A DNA stretch of 39,664 bases, from contig JBEGVZ010000022.1 in assembly GCA_041178085.1 (NCBI GenBank), forward strand, positions 1 through 39,664, read 5' to 3'. The stretch comes from Pseudomonadota bacterium. Its GTDB lineage: Bacteria; Bdellovibrionota_B; Oligoflexia; Oligoflexales; RGVZ01. Positions 18,444-26,240 of the stretch are shown one piece after another; the stretch's first letter is position 1, and each line of letters begins with the position of its first letter. The position numbers were made by a program, and so were the translations under genes. The notes beneath the pieces are model-generated. The model had not been told where the DNA came from, did not search any database, and saw only the letters and a program-made list of their open reading frames with translations.

Positions 18444-19604
18444 ATGACTTACTCTTACGAAGAATCAGAAGAGCTGACACTGCTTCGCCAGACGGTCCGC
18501 AAGTTTGCAGAGTCTGAAATTGCTCCGGTTGCGGGCAAGCTTGACGAGGAGGAGACCTTCTCTGTCCCGTTAACCAGGAAAATGGGTGAGCTGGGTCTGT
18601 TTGGCACGATCGTTTCGCCGAAATACGGCGGCCAGGGAATGGATTACATTTCCTACATCGTGGCAGTGGAGGAGCTGGCGCGCGTGGATGGCTCGCAGGC
18701 GGCCACCATTGCGGCACACAACAGCCTTGGTGCCGGTCCGCTGTACTATTACGGCTCTGAGGAACAAAAGAAAAAATACTTGCCCGCCCTGTGCACGGGC
18801 GAGGCCATGTGGGGCTTTGGCCTGACGGAACCCGAAGCGGGTAGCGACGCGCAGAACAGCAAGACCACGGCTGTTTTTGACGAGAAAAATCAAGAATGGG
18901 TCATCAACGGAAGCAAGATCTGGATCACCAACAGTGCGTCCGAAATTACAACCGGCCTTACGGTTCAGGCTGTGACAGGTCGTCGTGCCGATGGCCGTCC
19001 TGAACTGAGTTGTTTGATTGTGCCGGCCAACGCGCCTGGTCTGACCCGCCGTGCGATGAAGGGCAAGATGATGTGGCGGGCGTCCAATACGGGTGAGCTG
19101 TACTTTGACAATGTCCGTGTGCCAGCAGATGCCCTGCTGGGCAAGCGCGGCGAGGGTTTCAAGATCATGATGGAGACGCTCGATGGTGGGCGCCTGTCGA
19201 TCGGTGCCATGGGGCTTGGCCTGGCCAAGGGTGCCCTTGCGATGACCCTCAAATACGCAAATGAGCGGAAGACTTTTGGTGTGACCCTTGGCAAGCACCA
19301 GGCAGTGGCATTCAAGCTGGCCGAGATGGCGACCCGGATCGAAGCAGCCGAGGGGCTTCTTTACAAGGCATGCTGGCTGCGCCAGAACGGCAAGTCTTAT
19401 GCGAAGGTGGCGGCGATGGCCAAGCTCTACTGCTCGGAAGTTGCGGAATACTGCGCTCGCGAAGGCCAGCAAACTTTCGGTGGCTACGGCCTGATGAAGG
19501 AATATCCGATCGAGCGTTTTTACCGTGACGCGGCCCTGCTGCGCATCGGCGAGGGCACGAGTGAGATTCAGCGGCTCGTAATCTCGAGGTACATCGGTTG
19601 TTGA
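18444..19604 (+). CDS. Acyl-CoA dehydrogenase
   Basis: Motifs GLTEPEAGSD, NGSKIWITN, LDGGRLSI, FGGYG and RIGEGTSEIQ (catalytic Glu). Confidence 0.95.
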   Translation: MTYSYEESEELTLLRQTVRKFAESEIAPVAGKLDEEETFSVPLTRKMGELGLFGTIVSPKYGGQGMDYISYIVAVEELARVDGSQAATIAAHNSLGAGPLYYYGSEEQKKKYLPALCTGEAMWGFGLTEPEAGSDAQNSKTTAVFDEKNQEWVINGSKIWITNSASEITTGLTVQAVTGRRADGRPELSCLIVPANAPGLTRRAMKGKMMWRASNTGELYFDNVRVPADALLGKRGEGFKIMMETLDGGRLSIGAMGLGLAKGALAMTLKYANERKTFGVTLGKHQAVAFKLAEMATRIEAAEGLLYKACWLRQNGKSYAKVAAMAKLYCSEVAEYCAREGQQTFGGYGLMKEYPIERFYRDAALLRIGEGTSEIQRLVISRYIGC

Positions 19605-20590
19605 GGCAAGCACGAGTGGCGTTGTGCGCAGGTGCGATCAGCCTGATCGCTGGCGCCTGCGTCACGCGGCTGCTTTCTTCGGGATACGACGACCGGACGA
19701 TCGTGGTTCACACCTTCAACCTGTTCAACCAGAAAAAGCTTGCCCCGGGTGCCAACGTCAACTGGTCCGGCGACTGGATTTTTCGTCGCGATCGCCTTGA
19801 GCTCATTGATCAATATTTTCGCGCCCACCGGGGTGACCTGGTCCTGTTCCAGCAAATGATGCGCAAGGCTCAGGGTGAAGTTGAGTGGGATTTGAACATC
19901 CTTTCGGCGGGAAGTTTCTCTGAATTTGACTGGCGCACAGAAGAAGTGGCTAGTTTTGCGGATTCCAGCGAATCTGAGTCGATGACGGTGGCTGCAGCCG
20001 CTGCGCTACGATTGAAGTCACGTCAACCGGGTGAGGCGCCCTCAATCTGGAACGTCGGTCCGGACGGTTACCTTCAGGCGGCGGCGGTCGAAGTGGCTGG
20101 CGAACCGGTGGCAGTTTTCAATGTCCAGATGCCCACGCGGGTTGACCGGGATCCGATCTGGTTCTCTTTTGTGGAAGAGCGCATCCGCGAATGGACGCGG
20201 GGGCAGGGCATCTGTCCGCGCCGCATCATCCTTGGCGGATTCATCCCTTCGGAAGTTGAGGTCGCAACGTTTAACCGTTTCCTCGCCAATCTTGGGCTCA
20301 AGGACTCCTCGGCTGGTTTTTGCGATTCATCGTCGCGTTGTCAGACAGCCGATCCGGTAAATGAGATGTTTCGTCTTGCCGGTGAAGGTGATGTCGCCTC
20401 CCAGGCCGATCGTATCCTGGTATCGAAGGGGGCGGTCGTGTATTCGTCTGCCCGGACCCACGACGAGCCGGTCAAGGCACCTCAGTACGAGGCGGCCATG
20501 GGGTTTGCCCAGCTCTGGCCATCGACCAGGGCAGGATGGGAGACCGCTGTAAGGTTGGAAAGTTGCGGGGCAGGCTTTACGCCCCTTTAG
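19598..20590 (+). CDS. Exported hypothetical protein with a degenerate endonuclease/exonuclease/phosphatase (EEP) fold
   Basis: N-terminal hydrophobic segment, then EEP-like blocks in the expected order: VHTFNL, DLVLFQQM, VFNVQM, IILGGF, DRILV and PSTR. Confidence 0.6.
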   Translation: MLRQARVALCAGAISLIAGACVTRLLSSGYDDRTIVVHTFNLFNQKKLAPGANVNWSGDWIFRRDRLELIDQYFRAHRGDLVLFQQMMRKAQGEVEWDLNILSAGSFSEFDWRTEEVASFADSSESESMTVAAAAALRLKSRQPGEAPSIWNVGPDGYLQAAAVEVAGEPVAVFNVQMPTRVDRDPIWFSFVEERIREWTRGQGICPRRIILGGFIPSEVEVATFNRFLANLGLKDSSAGFCDSSSRCQTADPVNEMFRLAGEGDVASQADRILVSKGAVVYSSARTHDEPVKAPQYEAAMGFAQLWPSTRAGWETAVRLESCGAGFTPL

Positions 20591-20599
20591 CCAAGAAAT

Positions 20600-21268
20600 T
20601 CACAGGTTGACCAGGACACCGGCAGCGAACTCCTGACCTTGCAGGAGCGTCGTTGCTGTGCCGCGCCAACGATCGGCACGCAGGGTGATGAGCCAGTTTC
20701 CCGCAGGCTTCACTGCAAGCATCAAGACGCCGGCGATACCAAATTCCGCCCGGTAGTCTTCATTGCGTCGCAGCGGGAAAGTCGCTTTTTCAGCCGGCAG
20801 CAGATACTGGAACTTGCCGCCACCAAAGAGGTAAACCGGGTGGTAAAGGCGCCAGCCGCGCAGTGATTCGTAACCGATCGAAAGCACAGGCATTGCGGAA
20901 CTTTCCACGAACTTGCCGCGGCCGTCATCATGCGCTTTCCGGGTCAGTTCCTTGAAGCCAGCGTGAGCCCCTAGAAGCCATCCTGTGGACAAACGGTAAC
21001 GGTAAAACACCATCGGCTGCCAGTTGCCAGCTGTCATGTCCTCCCGCGAACGCGACAAGGGAATGTTCCGGGTCAGCTCAAATCCCCAATATGCCTCATC
21101 AAACGGGTTATCGATGGTGGAGTCCCTAATTGTGCCCGGTTCAACGGGTGGTGCAGGTTGTATCGAAGGGTTTGCATAAGCGCACACAGTGATAAAAAAC
21201 GCTAGAAATCCGCATGCAAGCGTCGCAGCGAAGTTATCAAATCCCGGTGATTTTCTTCCTGTTACCAT
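20600..21268 (-). CDS. Hypothetical exported protein, probable outer-membrane beta-barrel
   Basis: A signal-like stretch ending VCAYA, then alternating aromatic/hydrophobic strands (VFYRYRL, WLLGAHAGF, YLFGGGKFQY) and C-terminal AAGVLVNL. Start uncertain (track gives 21376). Confidence 0.6.
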   Translation of the reverse strand: MVTGRKSPGFDNFAATLACGFLAFFITVCAYANPSIQPAPPVEPGTIRDSTIDNPFDEAYWGFELTRNIPLSRSREDMTAGNWQPMVFYRYRLSTGWLLGAHAGFKELTRKAHDDGRGKFVESSAMPVLSIGYESLRGWRLYHPVYLFGGGKFQYLLPAEKATFPLRRNEDYRAEFGIAGVLMLAVKPAGNWLITLRADRWRGTATTLLQGQEFAAGVLVNL

Positions 21269-21299
21269 GGTCTTCACGTTGCCATAAAAGCTGCCCGGA

Positions 21300-21328
21300 T
21301 TCAAAGCTTCCGGAATTTCAGCTAAAAT
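21300..21328 (+). promoter_or_regulatory. Putative sigma70 promoter for the PilZ-CpoB-LysM-DprA run
   Basis: TTCAAA, 17-nt spacer, TAAAAT, in an AT-rich divergent gap. Confidence 0.45.
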
Positions 21329-21374
21329 ATTGTTATCCAGACCTTGAAATGCCCACCCGGGGGCGACGACAGAC

Positions 21375-22154
21375 ATGGCCTCGAGCGATCACATTGCACG
21401 GATTTCTTCGCCAGAGCGTATCGAACGCGTCTTGCTGAAGGCTTGTGAATCAAAAATCCAGGCTCTTGTCCGCCTGTCCGAAACCGACACGGTCGCGGTG
21501 CGTGGCGTCTTTTCGGAAATCGCTACGCTTGAAGGTTACCACGCCCTCCGGATTGGCGGGGTATCCGCGAAAGGCGTCGAGTTTCTGGGAAAGTCTTCCC
21601 AATGTTTTGTCGAGTTGGTCATGATGAACTCAAAGGTGGTCTTTGGGTCCTTCATTGTGAAACTGGTTGGCGACTCCGTCTACCTGGCATTGCCGACGGA
21701 GCTGGTGAACATCGAACGGCGGAAGAATGCGCGGTATCCGATTCCCCCGACCCATGCGGCATTCTTTTGTCTTTCCAGCTGGCTGCCGAAGGCGACAGAC
21801 CCCGTTGCACCGCCAGTTGTTACCGGTTTTGACGCTTTTCTTGGTTGGATCAAAATTGGCGACATCAGCATGGGCGGGTTCAGTGCGCAGATGCTGGTAC
21901 CGGGGCCGCGGACCGAACTCGAACGCGGAGTGGTGGATGAGGCAGCGACGATACGTTTTCCGGGACAGGAACCCATTGTCGCCCCAAGTATCGTACGCTG
22001 GACAAAGCGGATTGCCGACTGGACAGGCAATAACGCGGAAAACAAATACACGCGCGTTTTCAAGATTGGCTGCGAGTTCCGGGAAGTTTCTCCGGCTCTG
22101 AACGTGGCATTGAAGCAGGCGATCCGTGACTTTTCGACGGCAGGTGCCGTCTAA
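21375..22154 (+). CDS. PilZ-domain c-di-GMP receptor (YcgR-like two-domain layout)
   Basis: RxxxR (RRKNAR), D/NxSxxG (DISMGG) and terminal GCEF motifs. Confidence 0.85.
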   Translation: MASSDHIARISSPERIERVLLKACESKIQALVRLSETDTVAVRGVFSEIATLEGYHALRIGGVSAKGVEFLGKSSQCFVELVMMNSKVVFGSFIVKLVGDSVYLALPTELVNIERRKNARYPIPPTHAAFFCLSSWLPKATDPVAPPVVTGFDAFLGWIKIGDISMGGFSAQMLVPGPRTELERGVVDEAATIRFPGQEPIVAPSIVRWTKRIADWTGNNAENKYTRVFKIGCEFREVSPALNVALKQAIRDFSTAGAV

Positions 22155-22173
22155 TTTGGGAGGGCAGGACGAC

Positions 22174-23157
22174 ATGTCATTCAACGCCGGACAGTTTTTA
22201 CACCAAGCCCGGTCAACCGTGCAGCACGGCTCTGCGTCTGCATCGGGCCGGTGTATTGTGACGTTGTTGGTGGCTTTGCTGTTGCCCGCCTGTGCGTTGC
22301 TGGATCGGGGCGAAGATGACCACGCCCCGGTGACATCTGGCAAGGCCTCTGCCCATGTTCCGGATGGTACCCCGACTGCCGGCAAATCCACCGCGGTTGA
22401 TCCCGATGAGGTAGCTGAGTTACAGCTCAAGCAGACCCGGCTTGCCGCAAGGATCGAGGAACTTGAGGGTAAGTTCTCTCGCCAGCAGGAACGCTTGAAG
22501 ATCATCGAACGGGGCTTGACGCTTGGTATTGTCCCGGATGAACTGAAGGCTCCGGCCCACGATTCCGCAAAATTGAAGCCAGTTTCCAGCGCTGCCAAAA
22601 AACCTGAAAAACAAGTTGCGGCAAAAAAGCCGGAACACAACGACCACGAGGCCGATGACCTTTCCAAAGGCCCTGCGGATAATGCCCACGCGGCGCATCC
22701 TTCTTCAGGTCAAGGGGACACACCTGCCGTTGCAGCGCCAGCGGGCGAACCAGAGATTTCGGCCGCCACCCGTTCCGAATTCGACAAGGCATTTGCGGCC
22801 GCTCACGAGGATTATCGTGCTGGACGTTACGGCAAGGCGATCGTCTCGTTTTCCGAAATTGGCCAGAAGTTTGACCCGAGGCTGACGGTGGGAGTCCACA
22901 AGTTTTGGATTGCCCGTTGCTGGAGCGGTTTGAAGGAGATGCAGACCGCGCGGCAGCTGTTCACGGAATTCATCGGTGCTCATCCGGCAAGTCCATGGGC
23001 GCCCAGGGCGAAACTTGAGCTTGCACGTGTTGAATCAGCGCTCGGCCTCAAGGAAACCGCAATCAAGAGACTGCGCGGTGTGATTTCAGAACATCCGATG
23101 GACGACGTTGCTGAGATGGCGAAGGCCGAGGTTGAGAGGATGTCAAAGACTCTTTGA
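22174..23157 (+). CDS. CpoB/YbgF-like lipoprotein (coiled coil plus TPR)
   Basis: Lipobox LLPAC, coiled coil ELQLKQTRLAARIEELE, and C-terminal TPRs (KFWIARCW, HPASPWAPRAKL); ATG at 22174 with SD. Confidence 0.78.
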   Translation: MSFNAGQFLHQARSTVQHGSASASGRCIVTLLVALLLPACALLDRGEDDHAPVTSGKASAHVPDGTPTAGKSTAVDPDEVAELQLKQTRLAARIEELEGKFSRQQERLKIIERGLTLGIVPDELKAPAHDSAKLKPVSSAAKKPEKQVAAKKPEHNDHEADDLSKGPADNAHAAHPSSGQGDTPAVAAPAGEPEISAATRSEFDKAFAAAHEDYRAGRYGKAIVSFSEIGQKFDPRLTVGVHKFWIARCWSGLKEMQTARQLFTEFIGAHPASPWAPRAKLELARVESALGLKETAIKRLRGVISEHPMDDVAEMAKAEVERMSKTL

Positions 23158-23170
23158 TCGGGGTGCGAGT

Positions 23171-24433
23171 TTGATTTCAGCAAGTGTCAATGCCAATCCC
23201 GGTCGCACGCGCGTGCCTCGCGCCCTCTGCGCGGTGTCTCTCGCCGCTGCGGCGGGCCTTCTCTTTCCGCTGATCGCCCAGGGGGCTCGAGCCCCTCAAG
23301 TGAACGACTTTGCCGGTGCCCCGCCAGTACCCGGGACACGCCGGGTCCTTGCTGCTGGTGAGGCTCCGGAGAGCTACACCGTGCAGCCTGGTGACACCCT
23401 TTTCGACATCTGCGACCAGCTTCTAGGTGAGGCTTCGTACTGGCCCAAGCTCTGGTCGCTGAATCCCGAGATCAAAAATCCCCATTATGTTTTTCCAGGG
23501 ATGCAAATCCGTTTTTATCCGGGAGATCCTGAAATCCCGCCTTACTTGCTGGTCAGTACCTCAGACGAGGCTCTTCCCGTAGACCAGGGGCCGGTTGCTC
23601 CCGAGGATCTGGTGATTTCATCCCCGTTGCAGGATCGTGTCGATGCCGCGGGGATTTCAAATTTTGACCTGGTCGACGGGAGCGATATTCCTGTGCCTGA
23701 GGAAATATCCCGGGAAATTCTCGTCAGCGGGAAGATTTTCCGGCGTCGTGATGTGGTGGTTGATTTGCCTGCTTTCATTGTTCCAGTTGAGGCAGATCCG
23801 GACGGGTACGTGGTTGCCGGGGGGAACGGGCAGATGTTGGTCGATGACTCCGGAGAGATCCTCCTCGAGGAATCAGGGCGCCTTTTGCCCGGAGAAATTT
23901 ACACGATTGTCCGGGATAGTGGCCAGGTGGTTGATCGCCGTCCAGAGGGCGACGGTGACTTGATTGGCAACAGGTATGAATTCATTGGGCACGTGCGCGT
24001 CTTGCGGGGCACAGAGTCTGGCCTTTACCTTGGCAAAGTGATTGACGGACGTCTGCCGCCCGAACCCGAGGACTTCATCATTCCCTTTGTCGCAACCCGG
24101 AAACAGTTCATCCCCGAGGTGGCCGGACCGTCCAAGGAAGTTCCAGCGCTCGTGATCGGATTCGACCGCGAGCACCAGCTGGTTGGAGGCGAAGGCAACA
24201 TCGTCATGTTGAAGCTCAAGGTGCGCGGATCGGTGGCTGAGGGTGACCTCCTGGATGTATATACCCGGCCCGAGATTACCCGCCCCAAGGCAGGTTCAAA
24301 CTTTTTTCCCGACAAGATCAAGCGTGCGACCGTGCGCATTCTTGAGGTTCGCGGGGAAATTGCAACAGCCTACATCGTCAAATCGAACGCCGAAGTTGCG
24401 ATGTGGGATACGACGACTCGCAAGTCCCTTTGA
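23171..24433 (+). CDS. LysM peptidoglycan-binding protein
   Basis: YTVQPGDTLFDI...WPKLWSLNPEIKNPHYVFPG; typical position upstream of dprA. Start uncertain. Confidence 0.88.
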   Translation: MISASVNANPGRTRVPRALCAVSLAAAAGLLFPLIAQGARAPQVNDFAGAPPVPGTRRVLAAGEAPESYTVQPGDTLFDICDQLLGEASYWPKLWSLNPEIKNPHYVFPGMQIRFYPGDPEIPPYLLVSTSDEALPVDQGPVAPEDLVISSPLQDRVDAAGISNFDLVDGSDIPVPEEISREILVSGKIFRRRDVVVDLPAFIVPVEADPDGYVVAGGNGQMLVDDSGEILLEESGRLLPGEIYTIVRDSGQVVDRRPEGDGDLIGNRYEFIGHVRVLRGTESGLYLGKVIDGRLPPEPEDFIIPFVATRKQFIPEVAGPSKEVPALVIGFDREHQLVGGEGNIVMLKLKVRGSVAEGDLLDVYTRPEITRPKAGSNFFPDKIKRATVRILEVRGEIATAYIVKSNAEVAMWDTTTRKSL

Positions 24434-24454
24434 TGACACGCCGCGCAATCTCAT

Positions 24455-25498
24455 ATGACCTCCACTGGAAATTTTCCGTGGAGGTTTTTCTTGAGCATCG
24501 CGTTCCTGAATCTGGTCACCGCAATGCTGCACGTCGGCAGCCAAAGACTTGGTCGTTGGATTCCGCCACCCGATCCGGCTGGGTTCGCTGGCCTTCTGGA
24601 TCCTGCTCTGGACCTTCCCGTCGTCGCAAAGGACGGGGAATTTTCCTGGTGGGACACGAACGAAAGTTTCTGGCAGGAGGCTACCCACGTCCTTGTTCCC
24701 GGGCTGCCGGAAGTCTTTCCCCGTCCTCTTGCCGTCGACTTGTCCGGCCTCGCTGAAGCCTGTCATTTGTTTTTCCAGGAAGTCCGCGATTCCGGATTTT
24801 CCTACTTGCCCTTCTGGGATGCTACCTATCCGCAGTTGTTGCGGGAAATACCGGATCCCCCCCTTGGCCTGGTTGTTGGGGGCGACGCGATGGTCCTCAG
24901 GGAGGCAGCGGTATCCGTGGTTGGTTCGCGCTGTGCTGCGAACTGGGCCCTCGAGTGGGCCGCGGAATTTGGTGCGTTGGCAGCTCGCGCGGGTTTGGGC
25001 GTTGTCAGTGGTGGCGCTTACGGGTGCGATACGGCTGTCCATTCCGGTATGTTGTCCGCGCGGTTTGACCGCGTCCCGGCTATCGCTGTCCAGGCAGGCG
25101 GGATTGCTAATCCCTATCCTCGAGCCAATGGGCGGATTTTTGCGGACATTGCCGCAAGCGGTGGGTGCCTGGTATCTGAACGGGCAGTGCATGCCCCTTG
25201 CAGGCCCCATGATTTTCTCGTCCGCAACCGAATCGTATCGGGCTTGTCCATGGTCTCTGTTATCGTCCAGGCTGCGGAGCGGTCAGGTGCCATGGTAACG
25301 GCCCGCCTGGCTGCGTCCCAGGGGCGGGATGTGTGGGTTGTTCAGCCGCCTTGTGCAGATGTCCGTGCCGCTGGTAACGCGATTTTGATGGCCGACGGAG
25401 CCACTGTCCTTTCCGACCCCGGAGCGGCAATCGAGTTCCTGCTGGCAGGTTCGGCAGGGGCTGGAAATGGCTCCCAGTCCGGGGGTTCCACGGTTTGA
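24455..25498 (+). CDS. dprA: DNA-processing protein DprA
   Basis: Motifs YPQLLREIPDPP, VVGSR, VVSGGAYGCDTAVH, FLVRNRIVSGLS and SGAMVTA. Confidence 0.93.
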   Translation: MTSTGNFPWRFFLSIAFLNLVTAMLHVGSQRLGRWIPPPDPAGFAGLLDPALDLPVVAKDGEFSWWDTNESFWQEATHVLVPGLPEVFPRPLAVDLSGLAEACHLFFQEVRDSGFSYLPFWDATYPQLLREIPDPPLGLVVGGDAMVLREAAVSVVGSRCAANWALEWAAEFGALAARAGLGVVSGGAYGCDTAVHSGMLSARFDRVPAIAVQAGGIANPYPRANGRIFADIAASGGCLVSERAVHAPCRPHDFLVRNRIVSGLSMVSVIVQAAERSGAMVTARLAASQGRDVWVVQPPCADVRAAGNAILMADGATVLSDPGAAIEFLLAGSAGAGNGSQSGGSTV

Positions 25499-25594
25499 CA
25501 GGATCCAGATTTCAAGATGCTTTGTTTTCGATTACGCTGTGATAGACTCCGATGAGATCAAGCAGTCGAACCGATCAATGAAGTGGGGGGTACC

Positions 25595-26071
25595 ATGCCG
25601 AAGTCCTGGTGGGATGCAGTGCGTGAAATTGCCTCTATGGTCGTGCGTGACGGGTTGCATCAGGCCGACGAGGGCATGATGCGCAAGGCACTGCAGGCGG
25701 AGGGGTTCTCTGAAGACGAGATCCTCAAGGCATTCGACTGGATTGACCACGCAGAGCGTTCCGGCAATTTGCTGGAGTGCCTGGGAATGCTGGCACCACG
25801 CCCTTCAGGTGTCCGTGTAGAACATCCCATGGAAAGGATGTTCGTGTCTGATCGCGTGTGGGGAGAAATCGGACGGGCCCGTCGCCGGGAAGTCGTGCAT
25901 ACAGATCTGGCCGAACGACTACTCGAAGGCATCCGCGCCATCGATACCCGTGACTGGGAGGACCATGAGGTCCGCTCGTTCATCGCGGACGTTGTGTCTG
26001 GCGGCAGCGGAGGCGATGCGAGCAAAGTGGAGCAAATCCTCAAGGATCAGCTTCCGGAGTTCTATTCCTGA
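25595..26071 (+). CDS. smg: Smg/DUF494 family protein
   Basis: LQAEGFSEDEILKAFDWI, R-V-x-HPME-R, and position between dprA and topA. Confidence 0.75.
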   Translation: MPKSWWDAVREIASMVVRDGLHQADEGMMRKALQAEGFSEDEILKAFDWIDHAERSGNLLECLGMLAPRPSGVRVEHPMERMFVSDRVWGEIGRARRREVVHTDLAERLLEGIRAIDTRDWEDHEVRSFIADVVSGGSGGDASKVEQILKDQLPEFYS

Positions 26072-26095
26072 CCGGAAGTCCGGTCAGGTCTTTCC
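26067..26095 (+). terminator. Putative intrinsic terminator after smg
   Basis: CCTGACCGG-AAGT-CCGGTCAGG (9-bp perfect stem) followed by TCTTTCC. Confidence 0.55.
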
Positions 26096-26240
26096 TAAAT
26101 ATCTGTAATCAATGAGATATTTTTGTTGGTACTTGCCGCCTTCTGCGCTTGGCTGTTACTGACTTCTGGTTAGGGTTCATTCATATAATGCGGAATGCGG
26201 CTTTTTCGGCCGGTTCGAAGTGTCTCGACGGGATGGTCCG

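Noticed and set aside
18570..19613. 347-aa antisense ORF over the acyl-CoA dehydrogenase (similarly 34734-35459, 21630-22667 and 24296-25210)
   Set aside because: These are shadow ORFs opposite well-conserved genes, expected from GC-rich codon bias, and have no motifs.
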